DNA from: Chitinophagales bacterium
GTDB lineage: Bacteria; Bacteroidota; Bacteroidia; Chitinophagales; UBA8649
Reading direction: 5' to 3'
DNA length: 64,000 nucleotides
Assembly (NCBI GenBank): GCA_049610685.1
Contig: JBMYZU010000008.1
Span: 34,956-98,955 of the forward strand
Part shown: positions 49,322-57,573 of the stretch, piece by piece
Position numbering within the stretch: position 1 is the stretch's first letter
Layout of the letters: every line of letters begins with the position of its first letter
The notes under the pieces: model-generated
What the model saw: only the letters and a program-made list of their open reading frames with translations
Told to the model about the DNA's origin: nothing
Database searches by the model: none
Program-made: the position numbers and the translations under genes

Positions 49322-52300
49322 ATGAAAGGTATATACTCCATTGGAATACTCATTGTTTTACTCTTTGTACAGAATTTGGGCCTTGCTCAAGTAAGTCCTA
49401 AGTATGATATCAACGATCCCTCTTATGTCAATTCCTTAATGGAATCAATAGAATCTAGTCGCAAGGATAAAGATGATGCTTTCCCTGAACGTTTTGGTCA
49501 ATATGTTGCTTCAGGTCAAGCCAGTAGTAACTTAATGCGGCACATTGCAGAGTATGCTAATTCAATGCATCAGGTGGGGCGTTGGACTGTAGATCGTGAG
49601 CGGAGAATAGCTGGTTTGTGTATGCTTATTGATTCGACAAAATGCGTGCCGTTAGATCAATGGCATGAAGTATTCGCTGACCAGATAGGGTTTTATTACC
49701 CTGGTAAGGAAAGCAAGTTCGATGAAGAGGTCATAAAATGGCGAAAGTTTGCGCGGTCTGGTATTCTCACGGCACGCGGCAAAAATACATGGCGGGTTTT
49801 AGGAAAGGCAAGCGCTGTTTCTTGGTCGAGTGATCAAGGACTTGCGCTAATGTTTGATCAACCTGTAGTACTTCAGGCAGATAATCCATATGATACTATG
49901 GTTGTAAAAAACACCACAGGAGTTTTTTATGGAAAGATCTATGATTGGCAGGGTATGGGTGGATTGATGGACTGGGTTGGTGCGGGGATTCCGGGGGATG
50001 AGGCTTATGCCCAGCTGACGAGCTATAATGTGAAGACCACAAAGTTTGAAGTGTCATGCGATTCTGCACTTATGAACTATCCAAAGTATAGTCGTGAGGC
50101 TTTTCCAGGAGTCTTTAAGGATCGTCTGGACAATCAAACAAGGGACAAGAATTACCCTGACTTCCTGGCAACCGTCCGATTGCCAACGCAACAAATCAAT
50201 GAATATGTTAGCGTGAATGGGGGATTTCACCTTAGAGGAAATGAAATTGGTGTTGATGCGCCCCGAGGTGAGGTCTGTGTTGTTGAGTTTCGGGATCCTA
50301 GCAGTCAGAAACTACTCGCCGTCTACAAGCCCAAGTCGCTCAAGGTAGCCATGCCCAATAAAATATTTGGGGGTCTAGGTAGTCTTCTGATATATACTGC
50401 GAATGACTCAATATCCCATCCTGCTGTTGAGGTTGAATACAAGGTTAAGTCGAATACATTAGAGGCAAGGACTGGGTTGGATATTGTATCTGATATTCCT
50501 TTTACATTAGGTAGACAAAATATGATTGTCGAAGCAGAAGTTCTTCGCTGGCCATTGGATGGGCGAGAAATAGAATTTAATCTGTTTACTAATTCGCGTA
50601 CAAAAAGTGTAAATATTATATCTGACAAATACTTTAGTTATGAGTCTTTTCAAAACACGGGTATGCGTTATGGGAACAGTGAAATTGAAAAGATTTATGA
50701 TAGCTATAATGGGGAGCTTCGTGGCGCCTCTCTCTCTGCAAAGGCCTTAGGGAAAATTCTTGCACCGAGTGTCTCCTACCGTCAACAGTATCCTAATTTT
50801 TATCGATTAATGGCTAATGGCTTCATTGCATTTAATGAGGCAGAAGAACGAGTGGATTTGCTGCCTAAGATCATTTTATACGTTGAGGCACTTCGCAAGA
50901 CTTCGGACTTTGATGAAATGGGGATGTCATCCTATTCTACGGGTAAAAATGTTACGTATAATGTTGATTTGGATATTGCGACGACGACGGGCGTCTCATC
51001 GGTTATGATATCTGAGTATGATCGAACCGGTATATATCCGGATAATGAAACCTTTGACATTGATAAGGACAAGTCATTTAACTTTTCAGGGATGTTTACA
51101 GCGGGTCAGTTTGAGTTTCTAGATGATGATGCCTTGTTTGAATATGAGCCCTATCATTTCATCTCAGATAGCTTGAATGAATTACGGATGGATGTTCTCT
51201 ACAATAATCCAAATTCAGCGTCGAATTTATTGCGTGTTAAGTCAGTCATTGAGGGTGCTGATATCGTTGTATCCGTCAATTCACCGGATAACCACTCAGG
51301 AACCGTCAATCAAGATGAAAGTTATCCCAAAATTGAAACCTTTAATCATTCCAAAGTTTTCTATTCTGATTCAAGCATCCGTGGTGGTGATTATAATAGG
51401 GATAGCTTTTATTTTTCGCTAGACCCCTTTTCGTTAGATTCTTTATTCTACATTGATTCCGTTGATCTGAGTTTTATAGGAACACTGACTAGCGCATACA
51501 TCTTTCCGGATATAAGGGATACGCTCATGCTTATGAATGATAAATCACTCGGCATCAAAGAATCAACCGGTGAAGAAGGAATCTCATTGTATCAAGATAG
51601 AGGACGACTTACGGGTTTTTATCAACTCGATCGGAGCAATGGGGTTATCGGAACAGGCACGGTAGATTATCTAACCTCTGATTTTTCATCCAAGCGAATT
51701 GAATTTTTCAAGGACTCTGTAGTGGCCTTTGCGGATTCCTTAAACATTGAACGGAGTGAAATGGGATTCTTATCTCCAGAAATGAAGAGTGAAAAGAATA
51801 AGTTAAGGTGGTTTCCCTATGAGGGTAAATTAGTGGCTACCTCGAATGCCAACAATCCATTTTCTATGAATCAAGGGCGCACGCTACTTGAGGGTACTCT
51901 ACAGGTAACAGATACCGCAATTACAGCCGATGGCGCCATCGAATGGAGTGATGCGAAGTTAACCTCGGAAGACTTTACCCTTACCGATAAAGATATCATG
52001 GCATCATCTGGAGATCTTGAAGTTAAGTCTGGAGGCGATCAGGTTACTTTTTCTGTTAAAGATGTTTCTATGGAGGTCGATATGGACGAAAACTATGGAA
52101 CCTTTATATCTAATTCAGAGGATAACTTTATTGACTTAGCTTACAATGCCTATCGTGTGAATATCCGTGAATTCCAGTGGGATATTGACGCTAGGAGGTT
52201 GTTTTTCCGTGTACCTGAGGGGCAGGATGATATGACGTTTTATGCTACAAACCCTTCCCAAGGAGACTTATCCTTTAATTCGGGTTCAGCGGACTACGAT

Positions 52301-53791
52301 ATGTCCACATCATCCCTTGAGGTTCGTGAGATTCCATTTATTGATGTTGCTGATTCGAGATTGTATCCTAATGGAGACACCTTATATGTCCAGAAGAATG
52401 GCGTACTGTCTAAGTTGGAGGGATGTACTTTGATATCGCCGGTTAACGAATCAAGGCATCAGTTTAGTGATGTTTCCATGACGGTTAAAGGCCGAAATGA
52501 GGCAAATGGCAGAGGAAATTTTATCTATAAAGGGCAAGATTTGGATTCTCAGTTTATAGCTATGGACCACATTCAAACAAAGCAAACCCAAGAGAAAAAG
52601 GAATCTGATCGGAGGTCTTATTTTCACGCGAATGGCGAACTTCAGATGATTGATAGTTTACATTTTATGCCATCTATTCAAGGAATTGGTGATGTTGCGG
52701 TTGATTCGCGATTTAATGGAGTGCATCTAGATGGATTTCTTCAAATTGATTGGCAGTCTGACGCCTTGGATAACGATTGGATAAAAGTGAATGATACAAT
52801 TTATGCGGATTCTATTGGTTTTAGTTTTGAAAAGTCAACTGCTTTGCGAGGTGAAACGCTCTACACGGGAGTTTATCTTACTCCAAAAGATATAAATCCA
52901 TTTTTCCCGCAGTTACTATCTCGTATACGCGTGCCTTCGCAAAAGCCATTGCTAGAAGTAAAGGGTATGTTTTCTCACAAAGCAGGGGAGGATGACTATT
53001 ACTTTCAAAATGGCAGTTTCGATGCATCTATTCCGGGGTACACGGGAAATGGTCTAACCTATAACGCGGCTTCAAAAGACATCAATGGGCAAGGTTTGTT
53101 GAACTTACAGCTGCGCATGGGGCCTGTAGAATTGCTTAATAATGGACGTGTTGCTCATAATGTGGAATCCAATTCTTTGGAAGTCAATATGTCGCAAGCT
53201 TTATCCATTGGACTTCCTGACGAAATTTGGCAGGCAATTGGTCTCATGATTAATGAAGCTAGTTTTTCCAGCAAGTCACTGACCTATTATGAGGAATCAA
53301 GTATGCAGGATTGGTTCGGCCTTTTACAGCGCAAAAACAAGAACCTAAAAGATCTTCGAAGTGCAATGGCTATGGATCCATTCTTTGAGTATCCTAAAGG
53401 CCTACAGGGGAATTTTGTTACGCATCAGGTAACCTTCAATTATGAGGATGATGCGCTTTATCGACGTTTTGCGTCAGAAGGTAAGATTGGGATATCGTTT
53501 ATTGGAGAGATGCCTATTCATAAGGAGGTAAAGGGTAAAATCGTTTTTGAACAGAGAGATGCAGAATCGGATGGATTTGATCTCTATATCGAAAATGATT
53601 TAAAGGAATTTGTACATATTTCCTATCGAGCAAACCACCTTTCAATTTTCTCAACGAACAAGGCAGTTATGCAGTCTATAACTGATGTGCCTGAGAAAAA
53701 GCGCGCCGTTGAAAATAATGGAAGATCAATGACCTTTGGTATTGGTTCCAGTCTTAAGACGGAAGAGTTTAAGATTGAGTTCAATCTTTAA
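49322..53791 (+). CDS. very large secreted protein of unknown function (1489 aa)
   Basis: An uninterrupted 4.47-kb ORF with signal peptide MKGIYSIGILIVLLFVQNLGLAQ. It has no T9SS CTD, no obvious tandem repeats and no catalytic motif that I recognise. Confidence 0.8.
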   Translation: MKGIYSIGILIVLLFVQNLGLAQVSPKYDINDPSYVNSLMESIESSRKDKDDAFPERFGQYVASGQASSNLMRHIAEYANSMHQVGRWTVDRERRIAGLCMLIDSTKCVPLDQWHEVFADQIGFYYPGKESKFDEEVIKWRKFARSGILTARGKNTWRVLGKASAVSWSSDQGLALMFDQPVVLQADNPYDTMVVKNTTGVFYGKIYDWQGMGGLMDWVGAGIPGDEAYAQLTSYNVKTTKFEVSCDSALMNYPKYSREAFPGVFKDRLDNQTRDKNYPDFLATVRLPTQQINEYVSVNGGFHLRGNEIGVDAPRGEVCVVEFRDPSSQKLLAVYKPKSLKVAMPNKIFGGLGSLLIYTANDSISHPAVEVEYKVKSNTLEARTGLDIVSDIPFTLGRQNMIVEAEVLRWPLDGREIEFNLFTNSRTKSVNIISDKYFSYESFQNTGMRYGNSEIEKIYDSYNGELRGASLSAKALGKILAPSVSYRQQYPNFYRLMANGFIAFNEAEERVDLLPKIILYVEALRKTSDFDEMGMSSYSTGKNVTYNVDLDIATTTGVSSVMISEYDRTGIYPDNETFDIDKDKSFNFSGMFTAGQFEFLDDDALFEYEPYHFISDSLNELRMDVLYNNPNSASNLLRVKSVIEGADIVVSVNSPDNHSGTVNQDESYPKIETFNHSKVFYSDSSIRGGDYNRDSFYFSLDPFSLDSLFYIDSVDLSFIGTLTSAYIFPDIRDTLMLMNDKSLGIKESTGEEGISLYQDRGRLTGFYQLDRSNGVIGTGTVDYLTSDFSSKRIEFFKDSVVAFADSLNIERSEMGFLSPEMKSEKNKLRWFPYEGKLVATSNANNPFSMNQGRTLLEGTLQVTDTAITADGAIEWSDAKLTSEDFTLTDKDIMASSGDLEVKSGGDQVTFSVKDVSMEVDMDENYGTFISNSEDNFIDLAYNAYRVNIREFQWDIDARRLFFRVPEGQDDMTFYATNPSQGDLSFNSGSADYDMSTSSLEVREIPFIDVADSRLYPNGDTLYVQKNGVLSKLEGCTLISPVNESRHQFSDVSMTVKGRNEANGRGNFIYKGQDLDSQFIAMDHIQTKQTQEKKESDRRSYFHANGELQMIDSLHFMPSIQGIGDVAVDSRFNGVHLDGFLQIDWQSDALDNDWIKVNDTIYADSIGFSFEKSTALRGETLYTGVYLTPKDINPFFPQLLSRIRVPSQKPLLEVKGMFSHKAGEDDYYFQNGSFDASIPGYTGNGLTYNAASKDINGQGLLNLQLRMGPVELLNNGRVAHNVESNSLEVNMSQALSIGLPDEIWQAIGLMINEASFSSKSLTYYEESSMQDWFGLLQRKNKNLKDLRSAMAMDPFFEYPKGLQGNFVTHQVTFNYEDDALYRRFASEGKIGISFIGEMPIHKEVKGKIVFEQRDAESDGFDLYIENDLKEFVHISYRANHLSIFSTNKAVMQSITDVPEKKRAVENNGRSMTFGIGSSLKTEEFKIEFNL

Positions 53792-53803
53792 GAAGGACTA
53801 AAG

Positions 53804-56203
53804 TTATTTTGGGTAGTTGCCAGGATCGACTTCGTGCATCAAATTATACACCGAAGCATAGACATCATCTGCGCTGGGTTTACTCCAGTAATCAGCATCG
53901 CTTCCATAGGCACTTCGATGGGGGCGAGCTGAAATAGTGACCGGGGGGCTGTCAAGGTATTGGTAGGCTCCTTGTTCTTCAATGATTTGCTGAAGAATAA
54001 AGCCTGATGCTCCACCCGGAACGTCTTCGTCTAAAACAGCGACCCTATTTGTTTTTTTGATCGATTCAAGGATATTCTTAGCACAATCAAAGGGCAATAG
54101 AGTTTGAATGTCAATAAGTTCAACAGAGATGTCATCTTCTTCCAGCATGGCCATCGCTTGTTGGGCGATTCGCACGCATGAACCATAGGTAACTAGGGTA
54201 ACATCATCTCCTTGTTGTAAGGTCTCCACTTCGCCCATAGGTACTGTGAATTCCCCGATATTTGATGGGCATCGTTCTTTTAATCGATATCCATTAAGGC
54301 ATTCTACTACAATGGCCGGCTCATCACCTTCAAGCAACGTATTGTACATGCCAGCTGCTTGAGTCATGTTTCTGGGTACACAGACATTCATCCCGCGAAG
54401 AGAATTGAGTACCATTCCCATGGGAGAGCCCGTATGCCATATTCCCTCTAATCGGTGACCTCTTGTACGAATAATGACAGGACTGCGTTGTTGTCCTGCC
54501 GTTCTGTATGTCAAGGTAGCAACATCATCTGTTAAAGGCTGTAGGCCGTAAATCAGGTAATCTAAGTATTGAATCTCAGCAATAGGCCGTAATCCACGCA
54601 TAGCCATACCGATAGCTTGCCCCATGATAGTTAACTCTCGTATCCCTGTATCAAAGACCCGATGCTCTCCATATTTTTCTTGTAGCCCTGCAAAGGCCTG
54701 ATTTACATCGCCAATTTTACCTACATCTTCTCCAAAGGCTATAACCGATGGATTACGAGCCAATGCGGCATCAAAGGCAGCGTTGAGTACTTCAAATCCG
54801 TTAACCTCCTCTTGCTCGTCAAACTCGGCGTTTATGGTGCTGACATTTTTAGTTGATTTCTTCGTCTCGCTAATCCAATGGCTTTGATAAGTTTCTTGTC
54901 CCCAATTACTTAGTTCCTCAATAAATAAAACCAAATTTTGGTCTGAAAGATTGTTTCTTCTCAGGATCCTATGAGCTTCTTTCGCTAAGCGAACAAGATC
55001 TGAATACCCAGGATTGTACAGATTTTTTACTGAGGCTTGAAGATGAGAAATTGTTACCTGGTTTGACTGTTCAAGGAGTATTTCTAATTCTTTGGCCTTA
55101 TCAAGTATAGGTTGCTGATAGGCTTTCCAGGCTTCTCTCTTGGCGGTGTTGGCTGTTTTTTTTGCTTCTTTTTTAATTTGGTTGACCTCTTCTTCAGTAA
55201 GAATAGCTTTTTCCATCAGCCAGGTACCCATCCGTTGGATACCATCGGCATTTTGTTCCCATGCCAGTCGCTCTTCGCTTTTGTAGCGTTCGTGAGAACC
55301 TGATGTGCTGTGTCCCTGTGGTTGTGTTACTTCTTCAACATGAATCAGCGCGGGAATATGCTTTTCTCGTACGAGATTGCTAATTTTTTCGAAGGTTTGG
55401 ACAAGGCCAGGATAATCCCATGCTTTTGCTTTGACGATAATTACCCCTTCATCATGATCATCGACTTGAAACCCTGATAAAACCTCAGAAATACTCTCTT
55501 TAGTAGTTTGATACTTCTTGGGTACGGATATGCCGTATCCATCATCATAGACGACGGTGATCATCGGTATTTTCAAGACACCTGCCGCATTGATTGCCTC
55601 CCAGAAATGTCCTTCTGAGGTGGATGCATCACCAATACTCACAAAACATACTTCTTGTCCTTTCGTTGAGAATTTGTTGTCCGATTGCAGCTCTGGATTA
55701 TTTCGATAAAACTTCGAGGCTAGGGCTAAACCCACAGCACGGGGCATTTGGCTTGCGGTCGATGAGGCATCTGCTGCCACGTTATACCTTGATTTTAGTT
55801 CTAACCAATTACCCTCCTGATCAATCAGTGGGGTAGCGAAGTGGGCGTTCATCTGTCTACCATGCGACATTGGTTCGTTATCGGGATTGCTATCCGCATA
55901 GAGCTGAGCGAAGAATTGTGTTGGCGTGATAACACCTAGCGCAAGCATCCAAGTTTGGTCACGATAATATCCCGATCTGAAGTCACCTGGCTTAAATGAT
56001 CTGGCGAGCGCTACTTGAGTAATCTCTTTGCCATCTCCAAAAATCCCAAATTTCCCTTTCCCTCCAAGGACTTCCTTTCGCCCAGCTAAACTCATTTCAC
56101 GGCTAAGGCATGCCGTCTTGAAATCGTCAATTACTTGTTGTTTGAAACGTTGTGCCGGAGAGGAGTTGATTAGGTTTTTCGGTAGTGAGGCATCTCGTGA
56201 CAT
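53804..56203 (-). CDS. fused E1 alpha/beta 2-oxoacid dehydrogenase, long form (799 aa) with a ~130-aa inter-domain linker
   Basis: The alpha part carries the TPP motif GDASTSEGHFWEAINAAGVLKIPMITVVYDDGYGIS. The beta part has FGEDVGKIGDVNQ. Between them lies a helical, Lys/Glu-rich linker. Confidence 0.9.
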   Translation of the reverse strand: MSRDASLPKNLINSSPAQRFKQQVIDDFKTACLSREMSLAGRKEVLGGKGKFGIFGDGKEITQVALARSFKPGDFRSGYYRDQTWMLALGVITPTQFFAQLYADSNPDNEPMSHGRQMNAHFATPLIDQEGNWLELKSRYNVAADASSTASQMPRAVGLALASKFYRNNPELQSDNKFSTKGQEVCFVSIGDASTSEGHFWEAINAAGVLKIPMITVVYDDGYGISVPKKYQTTKESISEVLSGFQVDDHDEGVIIVKAKAWDYPGLVQTFEKISNLVREKHIPALIHVEEVTQPQGHSTSGSHERYKSEERLAWEQNADGIQRMGTWLMEKAILTEEEVNQIKKEAKKTANTAKREAWKAYQQPILDKAKELEILLEQSNQVTISHLQASVKNLYNPGYSDLVRLAKEAHRILRRNNLSDQNLVLFIEELSNWGQETYQSHWISETKKSTKNVSTINAEFDEQEEVNGFEVLNAAFDAALARNPSVIAFGEDVGKIGDVNQAFAGLQEKYGEHRVFDTGIRELTIMGQAIGMAMRGLRPIAEIQYLDYLIYGLQPLTDDVATLTYRTAGQQRSPVIIRTRGHRLEGIWHTGSPMGMVLNSLRGMNVCVPRNMTQAAGMYNTLLEGDEPAIVVECLNGYRLKERCPSNIGEFTVPMGEVETLQQGDDVTLVTYGSCVRIAQQAMAMLEEDDISVELIDIQTLLPFDCAKNILESIKKTNRVAVLDEDVPGGASGFILQQIIEEQGAYQYLDSPPVTISARPHRSAYGSDADYWSKPSADDVYASVYNLMHEVDPGNYPK

Positions 56204-56250
56204 ACCTCAAATATACGACGTATAAACCGTTACGCTAAGGAAGTACTCTA

Positions 56251-57513
56251 CTAGAGTAACATGCTCACAGGATTCTCCAAGTGTCCCTTTAAGGTGGCTA
56301 GGAAGGCTGCACCAACTGCTCCATCGACTACGCGGTGGTCACAGGATAAAGTGAGCTTCATCATTTGTTTTTCTACCAACTCTCCCTCTTCAAGGGCTAG
56401 TTCAGGGCGAATTGCACCTACAGCTAAAATGCAAGCATCAGGTGGATTTACAATGGCAGTAAACTCGTCAATTCCCATCATTCCAAGATTGGAAATGCTA
56501 AACGTATTACCCTGCATTTCTTCTGAAGCAAGTTGTCGTTGTCTTGCCTTTTCTACAAAACCTCGAGCGGCAGCTGAAATTTCAGAAAGCCCTAGTTGGT
56601 CAGCATGCTTGATTACAGGAACAACAAGTCCTTCGTCAACTGCCACGGCCATTCCAATATTGATATCGGCATGATAGCGAATGATATCTCCAAGCCATGA
56701 AGCATTGATATTCGGGTGCTTACGCAGCGCCATAGCACATGCCTTGATAACTAAATCATTAAAGGAGAACTTCATATCAAAGGCATCCTTAATCTCTTTT
56801 CTTGCCTCCATGGCATTACGCATGTCGACAGAAATCTTCAGATAGAAATGAGGTGCAGTGAATTTACTTTCACTAAGTCGTTTAGCAATGGTCTTTCGCA
56901 TCATACTTACACGCTCATCACGCGCCTCCAAGGTGGCGGTGAATACTTTGTTTACTGATGGTGCCGGATTTGCTGCATACGCTTCGATATCACGCTTTAC
57001 GATTCGTCCATCTTCGCCAGAGCCTTGCACAGCGGACAAGTTGACCTTAAAATCTTCTGCAAGTTTACGAGCTAGTGGGCTTGCTTTTACTCTTCCATTA
57101 TCTTTTGTAGAAGGGGAGGAGCTCTGTTGCGGTTCAGAGGTTACCTCTTTCTTGGCAGGTGTTGGTGCCGTTTCCTCAACAATTGGTGTAGCAGCCTCTG
57201 GTGCCGGGGCCTCTGATGCTGGGGCAGAAGCTGTTTCAGCATCTTCAGAGTTTAACAACTCATCAAAAGATTCTCCCTCATCCCCTAGAATAGCCACCCG
57301 GCCATTTACAGGAATGGCATCACCTTCTCCTGCAATGATATGGAGTACAACACCTTCCTGGTCTGATTCCCAATCCATTGCAGCTTTGTCCGTTTCAACT
57401 TCACCTATCAAGTCACCTGGATTGAGGGTGTCACCTACTTTTATTGCAATGGAAGCGATTACTCCTTCTTCCATTGTATCACTCATGCGGGGTAGTCTTA
57501 AAAATTCGGCCAT
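56251..57513 (-). CDS. dihydrolipoamide acyltransferase (E2) of a 2-oxoacid dehydrogenase complex
   Basis: Lipoyl domain with ETDKA, an Ala/Pro-rich linker, a peripheral subunit-binding domain (ASPLARKLA), and a catalytic domain with DHRVVDGA. Confidence 0.93.
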   Translation of the reverse strand: MAEFLRLPRMSDTMEEGVIASIAIKVGDTLNPGDLIGEVETDKAAMDWESDQEGVVLHIIAGEGDAIPVNGRVAILGDEGESFDELLNSEDAETASAPASEAPAPEAATPIVEETAPTPAKKEVTSEPQQSSSPSTKDNGRVKASPLARKLAEDFKVNLSAVQGSGEDGRIVKRDIEAYAANPAPSVNKVFTATLEARDERVSMMRKTIAKRLSESKFTAPHFYLKISVDMRNAMEARKEIKDAFDMKFSFNDLVIKACAMALRKHPNINASWLGDIIRYHADINIGMAVAVDEGLVVPVIKHADQLGLSEISAAARGFVEKARQRQLASEEMQGNTFSISNLGMMGIDEFTAIVNPPDACILAVGAIRPELALEEGELVEKQMMKLTLSCDHRVVDGAVGAAFLATLKGHLENPVSMLL

Positions 57514-57573
57514 GTTTTTATTTAGAGTGCAAATTTAAGGGGTATTGATCTATTCTCCTATGTCAATTTCTAT

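Noticed and set aside
56858-57538. A 226-aa plus-strand ORF, together with the 137-aa ORF at 56261..56674, both antisense to the E2 acyltransferase gene.
   Set aside because: The translations are low-complexity and rich in Ser, Ala and Pro. They mirror the Ala/Pro-rich linkers of a well-supported E2 gene on the other strand, which is a typical antisense artefact.
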